From positions 134,981,741 through 135,045,740 of the forward strand of contig CM041465.1 in assembly GCA_023213395.1 (NCBI GenBank): DNA of 64,000 bases, read 5' to 3'. Source of the stretch: Cycas panzhihuaensis. Its lineage: Eukaryota; Plantae; Cycadophyta. The position numbers and the translations under genes are program-made. Below, in pieces: positions 40,651 to 52,439 of this stretch (position 1 is the stretch's first letter; each line of letters begins with the position of its first letter). Under the pieces are notes generated by a model. The model did not search any database. It saw nothing but the letters and a program-made list of their open reading frames with translations, and had not been told where the DNA came from.

Positions 40651-41794
40651 AATGTGCATTGTAAAGTGGAAGAGAGAATCTTCCATATTTTTCACTCTCA
40701 TGATATATCCACTATAAAGAAGTACATCTGAGAGGTAGGGTCTCCAACTAGTGCTTATAAAGATAGGATCTCTAATCTATAAAACATCATATATAGATAG
40801 GATATCCAAAATATAAGAAAACAATCTCTATCTTATTAGAATTATAATAGCTCCTCCTATAAGGGGTGCTACAAGCATTATCAGAGTTGAATTAATCATT
40901 CTAGTCAAAATACTAATAAACAATAACATAAACATGCTTATATCCATACTCTATTAAATGCACTAATTCTCATTGTTTAATCAACCATATAAATAATTTA
41001 TTTTATTTATTCTAGTGTATTTATCCTTTAAGTATGAGATCCATTAATAATATAGTGGTTTTACCCACATGGTATCTACCTAATATATCCTTCTATGTAT
41101 ATCTAAACTTGTCACTTGTTAGTAGCACATGAAATTTTCACCAAACAAAATGGTTTGAATGTAGGTTTCGAGAGGTAAGAGATCCCCAAATTTGGTGTTA
41201 GTAATCACCAAATATTATCATGGTATTGGTGATTAATCTACAATTAATCTATTAGCATTGGTAATTAGCTTAAGGTTGATCCACATCAATAATAAGCATT
41301 CATGATCTTTAATCTAGTGTGAATAAACATTAATATTACTTATGTATATTCTAGTCTTACTTTATCCTATCACTCAAAGTTACATATAGTATAGTCAGTT
41401 ATGATAATAATTAGATTTAAAAGAAGATGAATAGTCATGAAAGGGAGAAAAATATAGTAATACCCACAAAGAAATCTCTTTCCCTCTAAAGTGAAACATT
41501 ACAAATGGAAAAAATTATCTTCCCTAAAAAATATAAGTGTTCTATTTTTTAAATTCAAATTTAGACTTACAAGATAAAATAAACAAACTTTATAAGTAGC
41601 GTAACAAATCATCAAATATGATATCAATACTCCATGTGAGCAAAGCACCAAAGGACTTGTATGCATGAGTAAACGTTAAATAAATGAATAAATAGAGAAT
41701 AAAAAAGAGATATGTGGAATTATATGGATCAAATTAAGTGTGATATTTGAAGTTTGGAGTGGATATTTGTTATCCTCTTTTCTTTTTGTTGAAA

Positions 41795-41796
<2 letters not shown>

Positions 41797-41827
<31 letters not shown>

Positions 41828-41859
41828 TAGATAGATAGATAGATAGATATACACACACA
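41797..41859. repeat. Compound microsatellite (AT)n(AGAT)n(AC)n
   Basis: Directly visible. Confidence 0.97.
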
Positions 41860-43282
41860 ATGGTAATGAATGTACATAGTAGGGAGAATTAGTTAAAAAG
41901 GGATAATAATCTTAGAACATAGCCCATAAAATGACTATATTAAGGGGGCATTTTTTTGATGAAAATATTTAACTTCCTAAAATTTGTATTGTTAAATGGG
42001 GTTTGATCACTTCTATAGGCAAAATCTCACAATTTTAGTAGGTGAAGGAAGGCAATCCAAGAATCTTCCAACCCTAAGAATGTAAAATGTGGGGAAGGGA
42101 TAACTTTACACCTTTTCATAGTTTATAAGTGGGTTTGAAATCAATAACTACTCAAGTGATTAATTATGAAGTTGTGAAAGAGGTATAGTCTTACACCTTT
42201 TTGCATTTTTACAAGTGTAGCAATGACAAAATTATGAAGAGAAGGATAATAATGCAATAAGGTATAACATCATTTATTTGTAAAGTTACAAAATACAAGG
42301 AAGGGTTCATAGTGGGTACTTTCACATTATTACAAGTGAACCAAAGGTGAAGGCAATTTAAATGGAAAACCTCAAAGTTATAAAATAAAGGCTTACTCAT
42401 GTAATTTCTCACATTCTTGCAAGTAAGGTAAAAGTCACTATCACTCAAGTTAATGGATTGTAAAATTTTAAAATCATCATAAAGCAAGTAGGCCCACTAC
42501 AAGTGTCTTATGTGCTTTCTTTTATTAAGTCTTTTCAAATGTTTATTTAATGTCACAAAGAAGAGACATATATTTGTAAGATTATAAAATGCAAGAAAAG
42601 GATAATAGGTGGAGGGGTGTGGGGGGCACCATAAAGTTATTTCATATAATATTTTTTCTTAGGTTCTCACAAAAGTTTATTTCTTATTATAGATTGAAGA
42701 GTTTTATTTCTAGAATTATGAGATGCAAAAAAGATTGTAACAATTTATTATGTAGTGATTAAAATATCACTATAGAGTCAATTTTCAATCATATTCTTAG
42801 TAGCATTCAATAAAGAGCAACTAGAAAATGACATAGAGATTCAAAAACTTAGATTATTAGCAAAATGGTAATTTTAAGCTAAGCTCACACACTCACATTT
42901 ATACCCATAAAAGTTTTTTCAAAATTTTAAGTTAATTCTAGGTGTAGTGTTAGGGTTAGAGAAAATAGAGGATTTTTCACCTGCAATGGTCAATTTACAA
43001 AAGACCAAGACTAGGTTAGAAGAAGAGATAATTGATGAATAGATGTTAATTAATAAAGAAATAAATGTTGGGAATAATCCCAATGTTCATGCACTAGAGC
43101 GCTTAGGGCCCTTCAAAGCCACATTTGAGGGCCCCTAGGGCACCTTGAGCCGTTCAAAAGCCGCCCGGATCGACCAATCACGTGAGGTACGTATCACCGC
43201 TATTTATTTTTTATATTTTTTCAAACTAACGTTATTTGTTGTGCAACTAGGGTGATGGCGCCCGACGCCTCCCCGAATTCTC

Positions 43283-43289
43283 TATATAA
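43283..43289 (+). promoter_or_regulatory. LTR TATA box
   Basis: TATATAA ~100 bp before the LTR end, identical in the 3' LTR; G-box CACGTG upstream at ~43179. Confidence 0.6.
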
Positions 43290-43390
43290 GGGTTGGGAAT
43301 ACCTCCCTGGTGTTTATTAACACCGCCACTCTTTCAGAAATCAAGATGAAAGTTTCATGATGTCCTGCTCTGCCCTCCGGCTCCATCATT

Positions 43391-43401
43391 TGGTATCAGA
43401 G
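43391..43401 (+). promoter_or_regulatory. Primer-binding site, initiator tRNA-Met
   Basis: TGGTATCAGAG 2 nt after the LTR CA end. Confidence 0.93.
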
Positions 43402-44704
43402 TCACGTTGTCTATTTTCGAGTTTTGGTTACTCAAACGTCCGACGGAACATAGCTATATGACTGCTCGTTGAGATTCTGGCAAGCTCACCAATCTGCTGG
43501 AGAAGACGGATCTGGATTCCATCCACTATGGAGGAAGATCTCCCGCTCGGAAGTTTGCTCTCCACACGGAAACCAGGTTCCTCGTTTCAATTTTTATTTT
43601 TTATAAATATTTTTGATATATGCCTCTTATTTGCTCCTTTTGATCTCCGATATATATGCACTTGAATATATATGCACTTGATAAATTTATAGTTTATATA
43701 CTAGACTAATTTTTACAATTTATACATCTATTGTACATCATATATAGCCGTTTGTTCTGTTTCCTTGCATCTCTGTGCTCCTGCGTTGCCTCCATGGTTC
43801 ACTGCCTCTCTGTGTCTATCTGACATATGCAAACCTCTGTATTATCTCTTTGCAACAATTAGTGCCTTCGTTCAACTGAGATCTCTAGTGTTTTCGTGTT
43901 TTTGCCTCCGTGCTTTACATCTCCCGCAGAGCCGGTCTCTTCGCATCTCGAACTTTGCGCCTCTTCTTAAGCCGCCGTCTCTGCCATCCATCTGATCCCA
44001 TAACAGTTGCGTCCCCGTTACTGTCGCTCTGCGTCCCGCGGTTGCCGGTCTGTGCATTATCTCTCCGGTTGCTCTCCGTGTGTGCATTCATATTACTTTG
44101 CCTATCTGCGCCTTGCATTCGCCTCAGCGTCTGCGCCTCGCATTCGCTTTGCGTTCTCTGTACTCCGATCGGGCGTTGCGTCGGCCTGCTCTCCGTGTGC
44201 CTTCTACGTCTCCGTGTGCCTTTGGCAATCAGCGCGCTCACGGATTTGCATTTACTGGCCGTGTTCTGTTTGGGTCCGTATTTGGCAATCCACGGATTTA
44301 CATTTTTTGCTGCGTCTACAGTGCGGATTTGCATTTGCTGCGCCTTCACGGATTTGCATTTTTTGCGTCTACAGTGCATTTTTGCCTCTGCGTGAGCATC
44401 CTTTCTGCATAGCCGTGTGCCGTGCTTGTGCATTCATTAAACTGCCCATTCACTTTAATAGTTCCGTTGATGTGAAATCGCCTTCCGTTGATGTGAAATT
44501 TGCGTTGCCGTTCGTGTCGCATATTAATTGCCGCTTGCATATTCATATGCTATATATTTAGTCTTCATATTCATATTATTCGTGTTATATTACTCGTGCG
44601 TTATTCATTTGCGTTTATATACTTAGCGTTGCATTTTGTGACATTATTTAGTTTTATTTGTTATATGTTTTAAAATTCGTGTTAAAAGCGTTTAAGTTCT
44701 GTTT

Positions 44705-44788
44705 TGAACCTGACGAGTGAGTTCACCCTCCTGGCATCGGAGGTTCCTGTTTTCCGGCTAGTCTTGGGTTCAATCCCAGCCCAGTTCA
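44705..44788 (+). other. tRNA-like fold with a Pol III B-box motif in the copia leader
   Basis: B-box GGTTCAATCCC at 44767-44777; CCTCC/GGAGG stem with a 7-nt loop; closing TGAAC(C)TG/CAGTTCA. Not a canonical tRNA gene. Confidence 0.4.
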
Positions 44789-46915
44789 GCTTCAGACTGT
44801 TTTTTAAAGAAGTTTTTTCATTTTTAAACCTTATTTTTTAAAAAAAATTTATTCTTTCATAGGGTTATTGGCGGTTTTTGGCCATAACTTCTATTTGGCT
44901 CATCAATTTCAGACGAAACCTGCGCCATTAGATCAGAAATTTTCCGTAGATTAATTTTGACTGGTCATAAGACCAATTTGGTGCCCATTTGACCTCGTTT
45001 CGACCTTGTTAACATTGGACTTTCGAAATTTTAGCGTTTTTTACATTTTTAATAAAATCAGTTTTTGAACTGGCTGCCATTTATTGTTGGTAAACTATTT
45101 TGTATCTGAATTTTTCTATAGTGATCTAAGTCATATAGACTCTAATACCCATCTTTTACTTTAATTTTTTGACTTCATTTTCACTAATATTTTAATCGTT
45201 AAAATAAGAAATTTAGTTGATTTTGCCTGTTTTTTGAACATTCTCCATAAAGATACTTGTCACATTTTTCACTATAACTTTTGCAATTTTTATCAGATTT
45301 CATTTCCGTCAGCTTTTTTGGGAAGCTGACTCATTTCTCTTCATCGTGATATATTTTTTTATATATTTTGACACATTTTGCTTATATTTCAAATCGGCTA
45401 AAGTTGAGGTATTTTATTGGCCTAAATCTGCTCCTTTTTACACCTGTTTAATATATTCTTTCAAAATTTTCAATTGGCAGAATATTAATTACTTCATCAA
45501 TAATATTTGATCATTTTTTTAACTTTTCTAAAGATTAATTAGTACTTTTATACAATTTTCTGCCTACCCTGCTCCTGTTAGGCTCCATAAGGAGGTCCTT
45601 TCCTTAGCCTCATTCAAAACGTGATTTTCTGGTATCCAATTTCAAAACCGTCTATTTTATTGGATTCACATTTCAGCAATCTACATATTGATAAAATTTT
45701 AAGCTATTCTGAGCTCATTCACTATAGTTTTCAATCTGTCAAAGTTGAGTATATATATTCATCCTAACAAGTTTGTCTTCCTTTCAAAATTGTAAAGAAA
45801 ATTCTAGTTTATATTTCCTTGTTTACTCAAGTTTCTGCTTGATCTTTCTACAAGCACTTTACATTATTTTGAACAAACATTTGTTTATAAGGCAATACAT
45901 AAAAGTTGTTCTTAAAAGAAGTTTTTTTTCATTGAAGATTTATTATTCATTTGAGAAATTAGCATCTGTTTGAAATCTATCTATTCTCAAAAGTTTATTT
46001 TTAAATCTTGCATAAGTAAAAAGTTTTGAGCATCATTACTTTCTTATTGATCGTTTTACTTTAAAAAGTGTATCAAAATTGTTGAAAAATATCATCCTTC
46101 TTGCACTTATAAAAGGAAAATTACATTTCTTTTCAAAGGCATATTATATTTGTTTGAAGGACATATTTTTTTTGAAACAAAGCAAAAAGAGTTTTTTTTT
46201 TGTAAAAGTTTTCATTTCATCTTGCTTAGAGCATTTTTTTTCTGTTATCAAAAGAATTTTCTTTTTCTAAGCAAGACCACATTGCTAAATAGATTAGTTT
46301 TCACATTAAATAAGATAAATCCCGAATTGAACCACACTTTTTTCCAAATTGCAAGGGGAAGTTAGGACTCTCGGTTACCACTCAAGACACGCTAATCAGC
46401 CTACTCATATTGGATGAGGACAGCCATTAGCTATCAGGTGTATACGGTGGCAGGCTGAGGTGCAGAACCTTTTCCTTTATGGTGTTTGGAGACCAAGGCT
46501 AGACCTGGAGAGGGTGAGTGCCTTTGGTTCGAGAACCTTCACCGCTAGTTCTGTCGTTAGGCATAAATCCGGCGCAGGTGGACCAACAACTCAGGGGGGT
46601 GTCAAAACCTTCTTAGCAGCCCAATGTCTTCGAGGTATATAGAGCCTGGCGCTTAGTATGCAGATAAAGGGTCCCTGCTTTTGCCATCCGTGGACAAGTG
46701 CCATCGATGTAATAGCAAGAAGGTTGCCCTCAGAGAAACATAAACTTAGAGCCTAGTAGCCTTTTTAGGTCCTAGTTCATTTGTTCAAACTTTTGAAAAC
46801 CTTGGGATATATATATTTGGAAATAATTTCTTTCATTTAAGTTCTTTCAAATTTTCTACATTCAAATATTTTTTGTTATTGCATTTATCTTATTCTATAC
46901 AACCTTAATTTAAAA

Positions 46916-49900
46916 ATGACGTCTAGTTTTGGGAATATGATTATTCCTAAATTTGATGGAAATAATTTTCTTAATTGGAGTAGGAGGATGAGGCCCATCC
47001 TCATAGCAAATGAAATGTGGGATATAGTGAGAAATGGTTACAATGACTTAGGATCAAATCCAACTGATACTGAAAAAGCTACATACAAAGAAAATATCAA
47101 AAAAGATAATGAAGCCTTAGCCCTTATTTTTTGCACTTTGGAAGATCATGTTTTCCCACGCGTTAGTGAATCCATTAAGTCCAAAGAGGCTTGGGATACT
47201 TTACAGCTCATATACGAAGGGGCTGCGTCCTCTAAACTACAAAACTTAAGAAGTAAGTTTGAAAATTTACGTATGATGCCTAATGAATCAATAACTGAAT
47301 TTATGACCAAGATTCAAGATATAGTTAACCAAATGAGGTCCCTTGGGGACACCTTAACCGAACAAAGAGTTGTTGAACGGATCATTCGATGTGTAGGAGC
47401 CGTTAGACACTTTGAGATGGTAGCTACTAGTATTAGTGTATCTAAGGACCTAAGTACCCTCAAAATAGAACAACTTACTGCTATGCTCATGTCCATAGAA
47501 GAGCAACAAGCTGCCAATGAAACCTTAGAACATGCCTTTGCTACAAAGGCCAACATTCAATCTAATCCTTAAGATGGCACTTCAAAACAAAATGAATCTC
47601 CTCTAAGGCGAAAAGATGAAAACCCTAGAAATGAACCTAGACAAAATCCTCCACAATACCAAGCTCCTCATAATAGACAAGGACGACCCCCACAACATGA
47701 AAACTCTCCAAGACATTCGAACACTCAAAGAAACCCTAACCAACGAAGACAAGTTGAAAATCATCCATGTTGTCCACATTGTCATGGGAACCCACAACCT
47801 TCTAGAACACCTCAAAACTATCGTGACCAACCAAGAAATACTCATACTCAATTCTATGAGGAAAGGGAGAGACCTCTCAACTTTGATCACTCTTCACCAA
47901 GGAATCAAAATCTTAGTTATGGAAAAAGAGATCAACTATATTGCACTTATTGTCGTAGAAATGGTCACACTGAAGATAAGTGTTTTTCAAAACATGGACC
48001 ACCCTCTAGAGGACATGTGTCAAATACATCAGAATCTAAAATCAACAATAGGTTATTTCTATCTAGTTTTTCAAACTAGGAAGAAGTGGATGATAGTTGG
48101 TACATTGACTCCGGTTGTTCCACCCACATGACCCATAAAGAACAATTATTTCAAACTTTGGATACAAATAAGAAAGGGTCTATTATGTTTGGAGACAACA
48201 CTTCTCACCAATCGATTGGAAAATGTAACATTGCCTTATTGACTGATAGTGGTGAATACAAATATTTAAATGATGTTCTATACGTCCCCGCTTTAAGGAA
48301 AAACTTACTATCCAGAGGATGATGATGGGACAAGACTATAAAATAATTTTTGACAACGAATGTATCATCAAAGACAAACGACAAAATGAAGCTATTGTTG
48401 CTAGGGGTATCATGACTAAAGATCGCTTTATTTAAACTTACTATCACCCCTCGGATACATATGCCCTTAGAACCACAACTACTATGGATAGTGACCTATG
48501 GCATCGACGCTTTGGCCACCTTAATTATAGAAGTTTAGCCCTTATGAAAAGATTAGATATGGTTAATGGCTTACCCCTATTGATGTTAACAAAGAGTTGT
48601 GTGAGGATGCCTTCTTGGAAAACATCATAGAGAAAGTTTTCCAGGACTTTAGCCATCGCATCCGCCTCTTCAACTCGCTCTACAGATATTTGTGGCCCAA
48701 TGGCCACTCCCTCTCGCGGTGCCAAATATTTCCTTACATTTATTGATGACTTTACAAGAAAGACTTGGGTGTTCTTTCTCAAATACAACTGATGCTTTTG
48801 ACCACTTTGTTGACTTCAAAACCTTCGTTGAGCGACAAAGTGGATATCATATCCTCTCCTTAAGATCGATAATGGGGAGAATTTACCTCTAATATCTTCA
48901 AGGATTCAGTATCCAACATGGGATTAGGCGACAACATACCAACCCCTACACCCCACAACAAAATGGTGTAGCCGAAAGGAAAACAGGACTATAGTAGAAA
49001 TGGCACGTTGTATGCTTAAAGATAAAAACTTAGGCCATGAATTTCGCGCTGAAGCAGCCCATACCGCATCTACTTACTTAATCGATGTTCCACAAAAGTC
49101 GTTAAGGGAAGACACCGTAAGAAGCATGGACAAAGTTATAAACCTAGTATCCACACCTTAAGGTATTTGGTTGTTTAGCCTATGCCCACATCCCTGACCA
49201 AAGAAGAACCAAATTAGATGATCATAGTGTAAAATGTATCTTTATTGGATATAGTGAATCATCAAAATCTTACAAAGTTTATGATCCCAAATCCCGAAAA
49301 GTTATACTAAGTAGGGATGTCAAATTTCAAGAAGACACCTACTATCAAAATAATCACGAACAACAAAAGGACATTACTATTAAGTTTAATGCATCAAATA
49401 CATCCAAATATGCGCCCCCTATGTGGCGAAACTCTCCGGAAACTACTAGGTAAACAACATCACCTCAACCACCATTACAACCCCTACCCAAATGGGTTCA
49501 ACGCAATCATGACTTAGGAAATATATTAGATAACAATCAAAGATCTACACGTTCACACAAAGTTAACTTTGCTGTAATGAGTAAGTTACTTGAAAGTCCT
49601 GAGCCTCAAACCTTTGGTGAGGCTAATCAACATGAGTGCTGGCAAAAAGCCATGCAAGAGGAATATAAATCCATCGTTAAAAATGACACTTGGGAACTTG
49701 TAGACTTACCACCAAGGAAGAAAGCCATTGGAACCAAATGGGTATATAAGACTAAGTTCCACTCTGATGGATCAATTGATAAATATAAAGCTCATTTAGT
49801 TGCCAAAGGATATGCCCAAAGAGAAGGCATAGACTATACTGAAACATTTGCCCCAGTTGCTAGAATGGAATCAGTTCGCATGATAATAAGTTTAGACGCT

Positions 49901-51110
49901 CAAATGAGTTGGCCTGTTTATCAAATGGACGTAAAAAGTGCCTTTTTAAATGGTTATATCCAAGAAGATATCTATGTCTCTCAACCCCTCGGTTTTGAAG
50001 TCAGGGGGGAAGAAAACAAAGTGTATAAGTTAAAGAAAGCGTTATATGGTCTAAAACAAGCACCTAGGGCTTGGTATTCCCGTATAGACACATATCTTAA
50101 AGATCAAGGGTTTGAAAGATCTCAAGCAGATCCAAACCTATACACCAAAACTAAAGGAAATTCGATATTGATCGTAGGACTGTACGTAGACGACTTAATT
50201 TATATCGGAAATGACTCCCAACTTTTAAATCAATTTAAAGAAGCTATGTGTAAGGAATTCGAAATGACAGACTTAGGTCTTATGCACTACTTCCTAGGAT
50301 TGGAAGTGTGGCAAGATAAACAAGGAATATTTATCTCTCAACGTAAATATATATTAGACCTTCTACAAAGATTTAATATGACAAATCAGAAACCATTGTC
50401 AATACCGCAGAATTGGAATTAAACTCTAAGATGATGACTCAACCTCGCTTGATCCCACTCACTATAGACAACTTATTGGTAGCCTACTTTATTTAACCTC
50501 TACTCGACCTGATATAACATATTCCGTAAGTGTTGTATCTAGATTTATGCAGGATCCAAAGACATCCCATTGGCAAGCTGCTAAAAGAATCCTCAGATAC
50601 CTTAAAGGGACTTCAGACTTTGGACTATACTACAAACCTACATCCGAGTTTCAGTTAACGGGTTACACAGATTCAGATTGGGCTGGTGATATTGATGATA
50701 GAAAATCTACTTCCGGTTATGCATTTAGTATGGGATCAGCAGTAGTAGCTTGGAGTACAAAGAAACAAAATACCGTTCCTTATCCACACCGAAGGTAATA
50801 TAAAGCCACAGTGTTAGGTGCCCGTGAATCAACTGTTAAGAAGACTCTTACAGGATTTTCAAATTAAACAAAGAAGGCCCCACTAAAATTTGGTGTGACA
50901 ATTAGGCGCTATTCAAATGACAAAAATCCAAGATTCCACGGTAACAAAGCACATTGAAACTCAATACCACTTCATTCGGGCACTTGTACAAGCGTAATGT
51001 ATAGAGTTGACTTATTGTATCACCGAAGATCAAACAGCAGATATTTTTACAAAGGCCTTGGGAAAAATCAAGCTTGAAAAGTTCAGAGATGATTTAGGAG
51101 TCATACACAT
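46916..51110 (+). pseudogene. copia gag-pol; near-intact motifs but two stops in gag and many 1-bp frameshifts in pol
   Basis: gag 46916-47572, same frame on to CTYCRRNGHTEDKC (47942) and WYIDSGCSTHM; GAG-pre-integrase LWHRRFGHLNY; RT 49577-50422 ([17 protein letters not shown]); RNase H YTDSDWAGDIDDRKSTSGY and DQTADIFTKAL. Confidence 0.95.
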
Positions 51111-52439
51111 TGGGCTTATGGGGGAGAATGTTGGGAATAATCCCAATGTTCATGCACTAGAGCGCTTAGGGCCCCTCAAAGCCACCTTTGAGGGCCCCTA
51201 GGGCACCTTGAGCCGTTCAAAAGCCGCCCGGACCGACTAATCACGTGAGGTACGTATCACCGCTATTTATTTTTTATATTTTTTCAAACTAATGTTATTT
51301 GTTGTGCAACTAGGGTGATGGCGCCCGACGCCTCCTCGAATTCTCTATATAAGGGTTGGGAATACCTCCCTGGTGTTTATTAACACCGCCACTCTTTCGG
51401 AAATCGCCGTTGTACTCAAGATGAAAGTTTCGTGATGTCCTACTCTACCCTCCAGCTCCATCAATAAAAATAGGACTAAATAGTCAAAAGAAATCATTAA
51501 ATATTAGGTTATCATTTATACTGTTAAGCATGATACTTTTGTTCTAGTTCCAAACTAATATGGAAGAGTTCAAAAGATTGTAAATCTATTTAGAAAGAGG
51601 TGTGTATAAGTAATAGCTCTACCAAATCTCCTCTATATCTTGACCATTACAAAATAGAGAAAAGGTAAAAAGTAAGAGATTGAAGGAGATAAGGTTTTAA
51701 ACATTGATATTGCCTAGTCTACCTAGTATGTAATCTTCGTTCTAGCCTTCTCATCTCATAGATTTCACAAATTTTCACTCTACACTCTTCTCTTATTTGT
51801 CCTCATTCTAAAACTTCTTTCTTATTTTTTTTTTTCAAACTTCCATACATCATATTATCTCTAAAATACCATTGTGTGTATTAAATGAGCCCTAATGTAT
51901 AGATTGTTATAAGCATCCCTTCTTAATAATCTAAAAGCTTATATTTGGTATAGTTAACGTTAAGGTTTTCTTTTTATATTATCAAGAAATCTATGATGCA
52001 ATTCATTTGAATTAACTTAACTCTATTAGTATTCATTGATCATACCATATTTTAATTCTAAGAGACTTTGAATGGTAGTTATTTATAATTTAGTTTTCTA
52101 TTATTTTCTTTAAAATACATATCAAACATTTTTATCCTTCCTAGTATCATGAGAATGTTCATAAAAAATGTTCTTCTATTAACCATTCTTTTTCTTGTAG
52201 GTAATTCTTATTAATTTATTCATTTATTCTAGAAGCTAGTTAATGTCAGAATGCTAGAAAAAAGATAGATGAAGAATGCTTGATGATTATCATTGAAAGC
52301 TCAAGTGAATAAATACAATTAGGGTTTGTAACTAACTTGTAACCAAAATACATCTAAAGGACACGTGTTTGTCGATTATATACATTGAATGTCTAAGATA
52401 AAACATTACATTCTAATACTGTCTCTTCATGTTTTATCC

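Larger units (their letters stand above)
43066..51463 (+). mobile_element. Young full-length Ty1/copia LTR retrotransposon with a 3.5-kb 5' leader
   Basis: LTRs 43066-43388 and 51129-51463 (TG...CA; 11 substitutions in ~323 bp plus one 12-bp indel); perfect TSD ATAAA; PBS TGGTATCAGAG (43391); PPT GGGGGAGAA (51120-51128). Confidence 0.97.

Noticed and set aside
41140-41175. LTR end plus decayed Lys PBS (AAACA-AAATGGTTTGAATGTAGG)
   Set aside because: Too degenerate, with no partner LTR or coding region.
42209-42487. 92-aa ORF as a DNA transposon fragment
   Set aside because: No transposase, SWIM or protease motif I can support.
43765-44561. Seven overlapping ORFs on both strands (up to 184 aa)
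   Set aside because: Open in nearly all frames because the island is GC-rich and stop-poor; products are low-complexity with no recognisable domain.
44710-44760. Hammerhead ribozyme core CTGACGAG
   Set aside because: No GAAA after a stem II and no matching cleavage-site helices.
47603-48131. ORFs 47616-48131 (+) and 47603-47890 (-) as separate genes
   Set aside because: Shadow frames of the gag linker and zinc knuckle, which read in the 46916 frame.
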